A stretch of DNA of 64,000 nucleotides from a virus. Taxonomy: Duplodnaviria > Caudoviricetes. The stretch is from positions 96,001-160,000 of the IMG/VR virus record IMGVR_UViG_3300014204_000114; one strand, given 5' to 3'. Both the position numbers and the translations under genes were made by a program. How positions within the stretch are numbered: the first letter of the stretch is position 1; each line of letters starts with the position of its first letter. Positions 1-11,213 of this stretch are shown one piece after another. Under the pieces are notes generated by a model. It was not told the DNA's origin and did not search any database. It saw only the letters and a program-made list of their open reading frames with translations.

Positions 1-159
1 GAACAGGCCGTAACCTCAGCGTGCGGACATACCACTACTGTGGGTTCTACAGTCGGAGTCCTATCCAACTTAGCAGTTTGGCAGTTTATAAACTGGTTTA
101 ACAAAAAACCTTTGAAAAATGAATTGTTCATAGGCCTTGAAAATATGGCCTTAAATTAA
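1..159 (+). CDS. C-terminal end of a gene truncated by the window, probably ThiF/E1-like family
   Basis: Frame 1 reads EQAVTSACGHTTTVGSTVGVLSNLAVWQFINWF...ALN*. The SACG...T.G..S..AV.Q pattern resembles ThiF-family C-termini. Confidence 0.45.
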   Translation, partial: EQAVTSACGHTTTVGSTVGVLSNLAVWQFINWFNKKPLKNELFIGLENMALN

Positions 160-186
160 ATCTGAATCAAATAAAGGAGAATCAGA

Positions 187-528
187 ATGGCAGACAAACA
201 GTGGAGCTTTAGTAAAGCGCAAGTGTGGCTGAATAAGGCTAGCGACAGCAAGAAGCTCGGTAATGGTACTATGGTTATGAACGACACAATCGTTTTGACC
301 TTCAACATCTTTGTGGGAAAAGATGACAGTATATTCGCCGCGCCGCCGAGTTTCAGCTATGAGCCTAAAGAAGGCGGAGAGAAGAAATACAAGGACCACT
401 TCTATTTCCTCGTTCCTGAAGCTAGAGTAGACTTTAATGCGGCTGCATGCGAAGCATACGAAACCGCAAAGAAGACTCCCGCTGCGCCTCCCAGCCGTCC
501 CGGAACAGCAAGAACCTTTAAGAGGTAA
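187..528 (+). CDS. SpoVG-like nucleic-acid-binding protein
   Basis: SD aaggag. IFAAPPS...KYKDHFYFL..EAR..FNAAACEAY matches the SpoVG pattern F.AMPS...F.DI.HP....R......L.AY. Confidence 0.6.
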   Translation: MADKQWSFSKAQVWLNKASDSKKLGNGTMVMNDTIVLTFNIFVGKDDSIFAAPPSFSYEPKEGGEKKYKDHFYFLVPEARVDFNAAACEAYETAKKTPAAPPSRPGTARTFKR

Positions 529-530
529 CA

Positions 531-1430
531 GTGAAACAAGCAATAATCAATACGATTAAAGCTAAAGTCGACTCCGCGCTTGAGGGGTATTACAACTCCT
601 CAGCGCGGTGGCCGTTACTGGTGTCGTGTAACGAGCCTGATATAAAAGCTTTGTCTTTTCTAAAAGAGCCGGCGATAACAGAGTGTACTAACTTTCTATC
701 AGTTCATATAGCCGATCCCGCTGAAATTATAGAAGACTACTTTCTAACCAGAAGTACCAACGAATTTGATTCTAACTCTTTAAGAGAAGATATGGCTCCT
801 ATAAAAGTTACGGATAATGCTTCTGTAGGATCCGCAGACCTGGTAGATACTCTTTATCATATGTCGAAAGTATTTGAGAATGAATATACTTCCCCATATC
901 CATACCTGTTATCATATTGTATGGTCATCCATCCTTATTTAATCCCGGATTTTAACGATATTGAATTGGATGAAGAGATTCAGGAAATTATTAATACTGT
1001 AGTTGACGATTGCGTATTACCTTTAGGAAGATACTTATTCAGAGAAATGATAATGACTGAACTGGATAAGGGATTTAGGAGTTTGTATGACTCAATATCT
1101 CCGAATGAGAGAATGTGGCTTATGAACTCTTTAGTCGATCTTGCTCATATATCTAAATTTAACGAGTTGTCGTTCTTCGTAGAAGATGAATTCGTTAGGC
1201 TAAAACTAGGCACAGCTGAAGATTACGCTTTAATTACATCAACTTGCCCTCATAATGATATGTTCGAAGAGGGACCCGTCAAGTATTATTACAAAGCTCT
1301 GAAAGAATTTTATATGAGATTGCTAGAAATAGATCTGAACGCTGATGTGCCTTTGGATGTAAATACTATAGATGCATCTATTTCTAAGAATATAGATACT
1401 ATAAACAAATATCGTTTAAAATTTACATGA
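531..1430 (+). CDS. hypothetical protein
   Basis: 299 aa ORF with SD gagg, in operon context. Confidence 0.7.
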   Translation: MKQAIINTIKAKVDSALEGYYNSSARWPLLVSCNEPDIKALSFLKEPAITECTNFLSVHIADPAEIIEDYFLTRSTNEFDSNSLREDMAPIKVTDNASVGSADLVDTLYHMSKVFENEYTSPYPYLLSYCMVIHPYLIPDFNDIELDEEIQEIINTVVDDCVLPLGRYLFREMIMTELDKGFRSLYDSISPNERMWLMNSLVDLAHISKFNELSFFVEDEFVRLKLGTAEDYALITSTCPHNDMFEEGPVKYYYKALKEFYMRLLEIDLNADVPLDVNTIDASISKNIDTINKYRLKFT

Positions 1431-1656
1431 GGAGAAAGAATGACGGACAAACAAGAAATACAGAAATTAAAAGACGGAGAAGAATATACCGTCCCTGAAA
1501 GCGACTACGGAAAAGCCGAAATATGGAGAAAAAACTCACTGTATTTTTTGTTCGAAATACCCACGTTTGGAGGCGAACCAAGATTCGTGCAAGCTTATAG
1601 ATTTGATCAAATAGATGAAATAATTAAAACAATAGATAGTTGGACTTGAGGAGATT

Positions 1657-2037
1657 ATGACGGAATACGTTAATTATATATTTAAATGCCCTGCATGCGG
1701 GAGAAAACATAATAAAGTTACTCTGAAAATGCCTAAAGGAGTTACTATAAGTTATCTTGAATTGACATGTCCAAAATGCGAAGCTAAATCAGCATGGTCA
1801 GCTATGTTTTTTGAAGATTCATTAGAATTATTGAATAGACTGGAAGTTAAAAAGTCCAGGGATATTACGACTTTAGGTCCTGTCAACTTTGTAAGATACG
1901 GCAAATATAAAAATATGCATCATGAAGAACAAAGCGATATAGAAGAATTAGATAAACTAGTAGGTAATCCTGATTTCCACGAGCCTGAAAAGGGGATTAA
2001 ACCTGATTACCACTCTACAATACCGGAGAATGTATGA
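1657..2037 (+). CDS. Zn-ribbon protein
   Basis: CPAC...CPKC motifs, SD ggag. Confidence 0.6.
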   Translation: MTEYVNYIFKCPACGRKHNKVTLKMPKGVTISYLELTCPKCEAKSAWSAMFFEDSLELLNRLEVKKSRDITTLGPVNFVRYGKYKNMHHEEQSDIEELDKLVGNPDFHEPEKGIKPDYHSTIPENV

Positions 2038-2255
2038 AAACTCTTTATAACACTGAATCAAATGAGGCAGATACAAGCCTTACACAGACAGGACTTAATC
2101 TAGACAGAGAAATGTGCGATTTCGCAAGAGCTCTTATTCAAAGATACATGAATATGGGATATTCTCCGCGAGAAATACCTCACGTTCTTACTACGGCTGT
2201 ATGGGACAGTGAATTATATTGTATAATGAATCGTCAGGCTAAAGCAAAATAACGC

Positions 2256-2284
2256 TTGCGGTAAGCCTTAAATTAGGCTATACT
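2256..2284 (+). promoter_or_regulatory. sigma70-type promoter, probably giving a leaderless mRNA
   Basis: TTGCGG-17-TATACT. The ATG at 2291 lies 7 nt after the -10 box, with no SD. Confidence 0.5.
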
Positions 2285-2290
2285 ATATGC

Positions 2291-2617
2291 ATGCGAAAGA
2301 AGAAACGAAAAGATCGCATAGCTTTTGAGGAATACACAGAATTGTTAATTAATGAGAAAACTGTGCATCCCAAGGAAATATATCTTTTTGTCAAAGGTAA
2401 ATCCAGACCGATAGATTCTATATCGGTTGAAAATCTCCAAAACTGGTGCAACGGGTTCAAATCAAACGAGCCCGGACTATCCAATATTGCGTTATGGTTC
2501 GCCAGGAACCAAGACGATCCTTTCCTTAAAATACTAGTCGTTGAAAAGGTGGCGGATCTTCTCTACAGAGATGCGATCCAAAATCTTGAAAAAGACGGCT
2601 GTATGTTGATCAACTAA
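2291..2617 (+). CDS. hypothetical protein (probably leaderless)
   Basis: 108 aa ORF starting at the predicted TSS. Confidence 0.6.
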   Translation: MRKKKRKDRIAFEEYTELLINEKTVHPKEIYLFVKGKSRPIDSISVENLQNWCNGFKSNEPGLSNIALWFARNQDDPFLKILVVEKVADLLYRDAIQNLEKDGCMLIN

Positions 2618-2632
2618 AATTAGGAGGACATT

Positions 2633-3250
2633 TTGGAAACAAAAGAAGAATATAAATGGTATACTGTTGTCTCTATTCTAACGATGATTTTAATGACCTA
2701 TTTCCTATATATCGTTTCGTCTCAGCAAAACTCAATGGTTCAGGCGGTAGAGGAAATAAGGGATTTGAAAATAGAGGTTCAGAAACTTAATAATTTTATC
2801 AAGGAGCATTCCGCACTACCAAAGAAGATGTCTTATGTTTCCCCAGAGGATCTGGAATCAATAGCTACCGCTTCGCTAATTTATGGATATAAATTCGGAC
2901 ATGACCCAAACGAGCTAATGTCCATAGTATTCTGTGAATCTTCATTCAAAAAAGACAGTTTAAGCAATAAATCCGCGAAAGGCGTAATGCAGATAAACCC
3001 TATTACTGCAAAACACTTAAATTTTTCAGTTGAAAAGTCCGATTCCATCTGGTACAATATGTACCATGGAAGTAAATACTTGAGAGAACTCAAAGAGAAA
3101 TTCAGAAATAAAGACAAGGCATTACTGGCATATTACAGAGGTCCCGGAGCTGTTATGAAAGATATGAAAAATCAAATACAACTTGATATGACATATCCTA
3201 ACAAGATTAACAAATGGAAAAACATCTTTAAGAGGTCCAGTGGAAGCTGA
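2633..3250 (+). CDS. lytic transglycosylase (SLT domain) with N-terminal TM segment
   Basis: CESSF (catalytic Glu), AKGVMQINP.TA and LLAYYRGPG motifs, plus a hydrophobic N-terminus. Confidence 0.85.
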   Translation: METKEEYKWYTVVSILTMILMTYFLYIVSSQQNSMVQAVEEIRDLKIEVQKLNNFIKEHSALPKKMSYVSPEDLESIATASLIYGYKFGHDPNELMSIVFCESSFKKDSLSNKSAKGVMQINPITAKHLNFSVEKSDSIWYNMYHGSKYLRELKEKFRNKDKALLAYYRGPGAVMKDMKNQIQLDMTYPNKINKWKNIFKRSSGS

Positions 3251-4373
3251 CGAATTAAAAGTATTTGAAAATCTGGTATCGAAACTGTTCGAATCTTTAC
3301 CTTCTGATGTAAGAGATTTAATAGAGGGAGGAGCCGAATACAAAGACATCGTTAAATACTGGCTTGAGTCACAGGACGGGACTAATATAATGTGGACTGT
3401 ATATTCAGATTCAGTATTATGGCGCATCCAGGAATTTTATAATACTCGTGAGAAATATCTTGAAATAAAAAATAGATTTATTACTTTTAACGAGGGTTAA
3501 ATGCATACAAGATTTCAGGCATGCGTAAAAACAGAAATAGTTTGGGGAAACGCTCTCTCGTATATGCCAAATGCGAAACCTCGTTATTTCTGTTCAGTCG
3601 AATGCACTTTCCACGAAGTAGGCGGCGATAATTACGACAGGTGTAGACATCCGAAGTTTAAAGAGTATACAATTTATGAAGATAACGGGACTTTTGCAAG
3701 TACTGAAGAGTCTTTTAAGCATTGCTACGAATATTATAAGAATAAGGTAGAAGGAAGAAATGGCTAACGACAAATTCAAGACTGGCGATATTGTTTATTC
3801 TCCTAATGCACGTAGGAGGGATCGCTCTCATAGAGATCCTGTGATGTGCAGCGTTTTACAATTAAAAGTATTAGGCTCGACCGAAGAGGGGTATCATACT
3901 GTTACCACCGAATTTATGTGCGGAGAAGTATGGATTCACGTTAAGGAAAATACTTTATTCGCGTCGCGCAAAGAGGCTTTTGAGCTTTTCGAGAAGGAAA
4001 TATTAGAAGGCGAGCAAAAAGAAATAGATGAAGCAAAAGCTTTTACGTCAAAAGTCCTTGACGAAGAGAGAAAGAGAATAGAAAGTGGCCGATAAAGAAA
4101 AAAGAAAAATCGAATGCAATATTTCTCCTGTTAAGGGATATTGTAGAAACTGCAGGCATTCCAATCAGATACTTTCTCCAATGCAACAGCTTAATGGATT
4201 TATAAAATGCCGCATCGATCAAAAGAATAAGTTCTTTATGGATTCCTGCGATAAGAAAGCCAATGGTCCGGACGGGAAGATTTATTTCATGTATGAAGCT
4301 TTCGATGCGCTTAAGCAGAACTGCACTTATTTCGTGGAAGAAAAAATTAAATTTGTTTTGAAAATATAGGAGT

Positions 4374-4868
4374 TTGAACATGTTTTGGTTTAAGAAGGGA
4401 GAGAAAATGGTAATAGAAAATGAACAGCAGTACGAGAGCGCGTTAAAACAATTAGCAGACCCATCGACATCTCTAAAGCCCAAAAAGATTAAGACTATTC
4501 ACGAAGCTATAGCGGAATATGAAAAAAGTCCTAAAAGAGCTGCCAGGATAATCTTACAATTAAATAGAATAGACCCAAATTTAATTGAAAAAATATGCGA
4601 TAAAATCACCCATGCGTTCGACGGAGAGGACATCTCAGGAGTTGAAGCTGTGGGTATCTGCGGACATATGCTTTATTCTGTAGGCGCGGCAATGGCAGGA
4701 CAGGAAAGGAATCTGACTATAAGTCAATTGAATGAAAGATATGGAGAAAATGGCCATAAAGATTCCATAGGCGTGGCTTTAATGAAGCAAGGAAGATTAA
4801 TGATAGATACCTGGATCCCTCAGTTACAGGGTCTGGTCGAAAAAGAAAAAGAAACGATAATGAATTAA
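4374..4868 (+). CDS. hypothetical protein
   Basis: ORF in a tightly packed + strand array. Confidence 0.6.
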   Translation: MNMFWFKKGEKMVIENEQQYESALKQLADPSTSLKPKKIKTIHEAIAEYEKSPKRAARIILQLNRIDPNLIEKICDKITHAFDGEDISGVEAVGICGHMLYSVGAAMAGQERNLTISQLNERYGENGHKDSIGVALMKQGRLMIDTWIPQLQGLVEKEKETIMN

Positions 4869-4877
4869 AGAGGATTT

Positions 4878-5195
4878 ATGGTAGAAAATTACATAGAGCA
4901 AGACCCGGTTAAGGTAGTAGCTATACAGTGGAACGGGAATAACGACGAGTTTATAGATAGTATTACTTCTCGTTTTTTAGGTGCTTTTATTCAGTTCGGC
5001 GGCTTTGAAAGTTTAGGGGCGATATGTCTAATGCAAATGTATATTAGAAATGGCAATTCGAGAGCGCCTAGCGAAATCTTCTATATGCAGAGGGGAGACT
5101 GGATTATTTTTAAGAGTGGTAAAATCGATCAAATATTGGACGATGAAAATTTTCATAAAAAATATGCAAAAATAAAGGAAGAGAATAATGTTTAA
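4878..5195 (+). CDS. conserved small phage protein (V.AIQW.G...GDWII family)
   Basis: KVVAIQWNGNN...GDWIIF...DENFHKKY. Confidence 0.6.
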   Translation: MVENYIEQDPVKVVAIQWNGNNDEFIDSITSRFLGAFIQFGGFESLGAICLMQMYIRNGNSRAPSEIFYMQRGDWIIFKSGKIDQILDDENFHKKYAKIKEENNV

Positions 5196-5472
5196 AACAT
5201 ATAGAGAAAAGCATGTATCTGACGTAACGGCATTTAGGTGGATGGGTAATATAGATAGTGTCGTTAAAGAACTGGAAGCTAATGTTTTTGAAATATGGGT
5301 CAGAGTCAATGAGGCTGAGGGCAAAAAAGGCGATTACGACCTTTGGCTAAAAAATGATACTGACGGTTGCGAAGTTATAGCGCATGAAGGAGACTGGGTT
5401 CTTATCAGAGACAATAGAGTATACACTATTTGCCCGGACGACGAATTTAAAGCTATGTACGAGGAGGTATAA
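5188..5472 (+). CDS. paralog of the preceding small phage protein
   Basis: VTAFRWMGN...EGDWVL...CPDDEFKAMYE. Confidence 0.6.
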   Translation: MFKTYREKHVSDVTAFRWMGNIDSVVKELEANVFEIWVRVNEAEGKKGDYDLWLKNDTDGCEVIAHEGDWVLIRDNRVYTICPDDEFKAMYEEV

Positions 5473-6204
5473 TGAAAGGAATAGATTTCAATCTTAAGTT
5501 AGATAAGAAACGTAAGAAAATGTTCGTTACTGCAGTATTGTATGCGGAAAATGATACTACGGAAAGTTATGATACCGATTTTTCGTTCCCGGGAATCGAT
5601 GATTATTGCGAAGGCAAAAAGCCTGACATCTTCCTGAAAGATACAGTTCTTAATATAGTCTATGACAACCTCAAAGCAATAATAGAGAATTTCATTAATA
5701 CTGAGATGGATAAGGATAATACGTCCGTAAAAGTCCCGAGATTAAGGCTAATAACGAATATAGGGACGTTTAGGGATATATTCTTCAAGACTGCCCAGGG
5801 AGAATACGCCAAGAAAGACAAATTCATGGAATTTATAAAAAACAACTTTGATAACTTCTCTGTAAAAATTAAAAAGCCGGGGATACTAAAAGGCATCGAA
5901 AAATTTTTGGAGGTAAAATGATAAGTTTTGATAATTTCATGGCTATTATGGAAGCAGGGATAAATTACAGAAAAGGATACCTTGCCGCGAGAAAAGAAGT
6001 ACAAGAGAAATGTATGGATTCTCTACTTGCTCTAAGGAAGCTAATAAGAGATCCCAGAAATAAGAAGTCTGTCTACGAAACACTAGATAAAATTGACGCA
6101 ATAATGGAAATAATAAATGAAGATGTCTCTAGCGTAAAATTACCGAGAGAATACGAAATCCCACATTTGAAAAATCTCCATTCGTTATCGGGTAGGAAGA
6201 AAAG

Positions 6205-6822
6205 ATGATAGCTATCTTAGGGACATCTATATCAGGCAAGGATTATAACTCCATAAAGAAAGTTATGGATAAAACGGGATATCCTGCCGAGATTATAGAT
6301 ATCAGTTCATTTAAGCTCAGTAAGGACTATGATTATTACATAATTATAGGGGCTAAAGCAAAACAGTTATTTTCTGTCTATACGGTTCCCGCGGAAAAGA
6401 AACTTGAGATAGAATCCATAGGTTCCGAATCTGAATTCACTAATCAGGTCAAAGGATTCTTAGAGGACCATGTAGCTGAGATCAATCTCAATTCCAAGAT
6501 TGAGTCTTTGGGTAAGTTGGAGATAAATGCTGACTTTTTTAAGAAAGCATTGATTGCAGGAGATATCTCCGGGGAATTCACCATAAAGACTCCCAAATTC
6601 GGCAAACTAAGAATAATCACAGAAAATAGAGCCTCTAAGATAGACTCAAGAATATCCAACTTTGTGGATGGACAGGTATTAAATCTTACGAAAAATGAAC
6701 TAATCGCTCTTGCCGTTGTTAAGGATTTATTCGGCGCGGCGGATATTTCAATCAAAATTGAAGATAAGATAGAAGAAAAAGAAGAAGTAAAACCAGTAGA
6801 GGCAGAGAAGAATGATATTTGA
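6205..6822 (+). CDS. hypothetical protein
   Basis: 205 aa ORF with ATGA overlap to the upstream gene. Confidence 0.6.
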   Translation: MIAILGTSISGKDYNSIKKVMDKTGYPAEIIDISSFKLSKDYDYYIIIGAKAKQLFSVYTVPAEKKLEIESIGSESEFTNQVKGFLEDHVAEINLNSKIESLGKLEINADFFKKALIAGDISGEFTIKTPKFGKLRIITENRASKIDSRISNFVDGQVLNLTKNELIALAVVKDLFGAADISIKIEDKIEEKEEVKPVEAEKNDI

Positions 6823-7313
6823 TTTCGATTTTGACGAATTTAGCTATTTGCCAAAAGTAACTAAATTCGAAGTTAGAGAATATAAACATAAAATCAGATA
6901 CACTACGTTTAAGTGGGGGTATTTGATTTTAGTATTTAAGAGGACAATATGAAGGAGAAAAGGTTAACGCAAAGATATTGTGTAATGTCTATAGATTTAT
7001 ATGACGAAGATGACAAAACGCTCCGTCAATTTATAGAGCATTTAGAAAGCGTAAGAAATAAGTTTATTGGCGACTATGACGAAATATACATAGGGTACGA
7101 TCCGATTTATTCTCCTGATTGCGAATCAGGGAGCTGTATGCTTGAGATAATTGGAGAAAGAAAAGAAAACGATAAAGAATACAAAAAGCGCATGAAGAAA
7201 GAAAGAAAAGAAGCCGAAAGACAACTAAAACGTAAAGAAGCTAGTAACGATAAGGATTTTAAATTGTATCAGAAGCTAAAAAAGAAATTTGAGCAGGAAG
7301 ACGATACGGAATT

Positions 7314-7415
7314 TTAGCAGCCTAATTCTGGGCTGTCTAAGAGTGAACCGTTCGGTTCGCATAGCAGAAAAAGGGCAGGGAGGCATAGCAGGCTCGCTAC
7401 CTAGCTTCCTTGCCC
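7314..7415 (+). ncRNA. candidate structured RNA or cis-element with three hairpins
   Basis: Stems ttagcagcct/gggctgtctaa, gtgaacc/ggttcgc and a 12-bp gggcagggaggc/gcttccttgccc with an inner tagc/gcta. It is a GC-rich intergenic island. Confidence 0.45.
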
Positions 7416-9528
7416 GAACTTTTGGGAGAAGAGATGTTTACAATTGAAGAAATAGAGCAGACGAAAAAAGAACTTGAAGAAGTTTTTGGCAAGCCTAAAA
7501 AGATTGTCATGAACGAACTCACGTACTCTGTAACAAAGAAATATCTAGTGAATTTTATTCCCGCTGGTTTATTAGGGATTCCGATTGAAATAGACGATAC
7601 TGCACCGTCTGGTAATATTTATTTGATGGACAGTACTAAAGAGAAGGACGAATTGAAATTCGAAGCCCCATTAGAAATGAGGGATCCTCCACCAAAACCT
7701 ATTCTTTCTCCGGTTCGCAAATTTAAAGAAAGTGACGAATCGGGAGGACGTGATAAGCGGTCATTCTTCGAGAAAATAAAAGGGATATTTGGAGGATCTG
7801 GTTCTGGCAATCCTATAAAACCATCAAGAATTATAAATCATAAAGGTTCGACTGATGCTAAATGACGTATTATTAATTGGAGCGATGATATTAGCTTTCT
7901 GCGTAATTGTTTCAGCTGTATCATTTTTAGACAAGGATTAATATGACAGAATGCACTCAAAAATATAAATGTAAAAACTTCGGTTATTCTCCCGCATGTA
8001 CAGACGGGGTAGATAGGCCTAACGGCTGTTATGCTTATACTGAGAGAGATGTCGCTAATGATATTTATACACCTGAGTACCAAAGAGGCTACGAAGACGG
8101 ATATGCAGCTTGCTTAAGAGAGATAGAAGAGAAAAAAGATTCCGAATATAAGACTTTGATGAAGGGGCTTATTAGAAAAACGCAAAAGTGAGGTTCGTAT
8201 GAGCGAATGCCAATATAAGTTTGACTGTAAAAATGCTGGTAAGTTTGATGCATGTCTGTTCCGAACGACAGGATTGACTTGCGTTGAATATAAAAGTATT
8301 CAATATGAATTAGGCCGCGCCGCCGAGAGGAAAGAGCTTGAGGACGGCTTTGTCGATAGCTGGTCTGATAAGGTTAAAAAGATAATTAAAAAGATACGAG
8401 AAACAAACTTCAAGAACGGCGAAAAGATAGGTTTCGACAAAGGCTATTCAGCCGCCGTTATGAAAAATGCTGAAAGAGATAAGCAATGCCTTGAGACGAT
8501 GAAAGCGGCTGTTAAACGAATTAGAAATGATTATGAAACGACAGGTGATTGCGGCGTTATGTATAACGAGCGAATGAAATATGATGGTGCATTAAAACTA
8601 CTTATCGCCGCAATCGCGGCTCTTGAAAAGAAGGTGGAGAAATGAGCCTGAAAGTTTATGGAGCTTCGGACGACCTAATAGAAATCGAGGGTGATGTTAA
8701 AGAGGAATTTTTGACATACTACGATGACACCGAAGAGGATAATCCAAGACGCAACTTGGCGTTCTCGGACGGTTCAATCTTTAGAGTGACGTATGGTATA
8801 GACGGAGGCTTTTGGAGATTCACTCCGATTAAAAAAGGCACACTCTACGACCACAAAGATGAAGCGACCAACGATGATGGAGATGATTACTCGGACATCC
8901 TGTATTTTAAGGACGGCATCAAGTGGGTTTTAATGGGATGCGATTTAGCTATGGAGGAGAAATGAGTTGGGATTACACGTATAGCGATAGTAATAAACGT
9001 CATTTATGCCTCGAAATTGCAGGTGTTGTATATTTTATAAGTAATATGAAAGGTATAGACGATAGAAAAATAGAAGTCAGTACGCAATATACTATCGCTA
9101 ATGTTGGGTCCCCAATACAAAGTCATTTATTAGCTAAAGTGGATACTCTTAAAGAAGCTGAGAAAGTCGTACATGAACATATCAGAATAAGTATTACCGA
9201 GATGCAAAAAATTATTTCAAATGGTTATGTTTTAGAATAATGTAATGACGCCAGCGCAGCTTAAATATATTCGGGAATGGGAGCAAGAAGATAAAAATAT
9301 CTACGGAAAGATTATGTGGGAGCGCGATGCTCAGTTTGTACCATACGAAACCCTAGTTATTCTACAGCGATCCTTTCCAGAGATACTTGAAGACAGTCAG
9401 AGAAAATACATTGATATGTGGATAAGGTTGATTCCTACAATCTACATACCGGAGAGTAACTAAATAAAAAATATTTAGTTCTTATACAGGGCAAATTAGG
9501 AAAAATTTTTTGAGAGGGTTCTACAGAA

Positions 9529-10059
9529 ATGATAAAAGGGAAAAATTTACCACAATTTCATAAATATTGCATCAGACATCTTTTTTGTCGCGGTGATGTC
9601 TATAGAACGAACCGCGAATTAGAAAAAGTTCGGATAGTTACAGGAATCCCTAGATTTTCCTTACCTCTTATAAAAAACATATATGGTTTCACTATCGGAA
9701 ATTATATATTTCTAGTAGGTGATGATTATTACAATTATTCGTACGGATCGTTAATGGTCATATTACATGAAATGGTTCATGTATGCCAATATAAAAAAGA
9801 GGGAGTTTTTAAATTCCTATTAAAATATCTGTATCATTATTTAAAAGCTATTATCAATAAAGAGCCTACATATGCCAGGGCTATACCGTATGAGGTAGAA
9901 GCATATGATTTACAAAGAGATTTTACAAGACTGCTCGACGATAATTTAAGCGCACCAATTGATAGACGTTTTGAAAAATGGTTATATCTTCATTACGAAC
10001 TATTGGAAAAGATTGCTTATAATAAGGAGGAGGCGATCCTATGGAAGACTTATGCTTAG
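9529..10059 (+). CDS. HExxH zinc metallopeptidase-like protein (DUF4157-like)
   Basis: GFTIGNYIF...LHEMVHVCQY...PYEVEAY. Confidence 0.7.
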   Translation: MIKGKNLPQFHKYCIRHLFCRGDVYRTNRELEKVRIVTGIPRFSLPLIKNIYGFTIGNYIFLVGDDYYNYSYGSLMVILHEMVHVCQYKKEGVFKFLLKYLYHYLKAIINKEPTYARAIPYEVEAYDLQRDFTRLLDDNLSAPIDRRFEKWLYLHYELLEKIAYNKEEAILWKTYA

Positions 10060-10248
10060 AATCAAATTATAACAGCAAACTTATAGTTTACGAGAATGGA
10101 GATGCTTTTAAGATAAAGAGTATGCATGTCAGCTTAGGTTCAGCCTATAAATATACAGGCTCTATAGAGGACGCTAAGAGGCTTAGAGATTGGCTTACGG
10201 GATGGATAGAACAAGAGGAAAATAATATTTGATCAATGCATTTTTTCG

Positions 10249-10277
10249 TTGACACGCACCTTAAAAATCAGTATAAT
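10249..10277 (+). promoter_or_regulatory. consensus sigma70 promoter upstream of the nrdJ/recA region
   Basis: TTGACA-17 nt-TATAAT, perfect consensus. Confidence 0.85.
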
Positions 10278-10307
10278 AAGATCCATTGAAACAAAATAGG
10301 AGATACG

Positions 10308-10853
10308 ATGACAGAAGAAACAAAAGCAGAAACTAAAGTAGAAAGCAAAAACCCCAGTCTGGACTTCTTTAACAAGCACACAAAGAACTTCTCTAAAAGA
10401 CTGATTATAGATGGAGAAAGCGCAGAGTATTGGCTTAAGTACTTTACTATAAATATAGGCGACATAAACTCCATGGGGCAGGTTAGGAATCTCTTTATAA
10501 AACTCGATGAATTACTTAGTCAATCCGCAATTCATAGCACAATGGCAGGAGTTAAAAATTCCTATCTGCAGTCAAGCGCAAATATGGAATACAGAAAGAA
10601 CGTAAATAGCATTTACTCTGTAAGTATGGAAAAGAAAGAAAAACTTCCATCCCAAGACATCAGAGATACGATTTCCTCAGATAATGAAATACAGGACGCG
10701 TTCGAACAAAGCAAGATTATAAAAGGATTCTGGAATGATATTACGGAATCCTTAAATACTAAAAGAAAAATACTCGAAACTATATCGATGACGATAGCTG
10801 TAGAAACTAAAACTTATGGGAGCGTTGCTCCGTATCAAAATGAAGGGAGATAA
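10308..10853 (+). CDS. helical hypothetical protein, possibly a UvsY-like recombination mediator
   Basis: SD aggag, all-helical appearance; the resemblance to UvsY is loose. Confidence 0.35.
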   Translation: MTEETKAETKVESKNPSLDFFNKHTKNFSKRLIIDGESAEYWLKYFTINIGDINSMGQVRNLFIKLDELLSQSAIHSTMAGVKNSYLQSSANMEYRKNVNSIYSVSMEKKEKLPSQDIRDTISSDNEIQDAFEQSKIIKGFWNDITESLNTKRKILETISMTIAVETKTYGSVAPYQNEGR

Positions 10854-11213
10854 TATGGAAGAAGTGAAAGCCGAAACAAAAACAGAATCAGAAGACAAAT
10901 TAAAAGACGCGGTAAAAGTTTTTAACGACAATTTCGTATGCGGGTTATTTGTCGGAGTGACAAAAGAAAACAGGCTCATGGTGGAGCGTATAGGTAATTC
11001 CTATAATGAATTATTAGCCGTAGGCCTTGTAGAATTGCTTAAAAAACAAGTTAATGATGCCGTCAAGGTCCAGCTTGGTAATCCCGAGCTCGAAGCTATA
11101 GTATCGTTGGACCGTTCCGTTAATAATCTTATGAAACTCGTTATAGATAAAACGGCGGAAAAGAATTAACTTTTAAAAATTTTATTTTTTATTAATGGGA
11201 GATACAAAAGCCT

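Noticed and set aside
9485-9528. c-di-GMP-I riboswitch suggested by acagggcaaa
   Set aside because: It lacks a proper GAAA-capped stem, the following GCAAA and the second hairpin.
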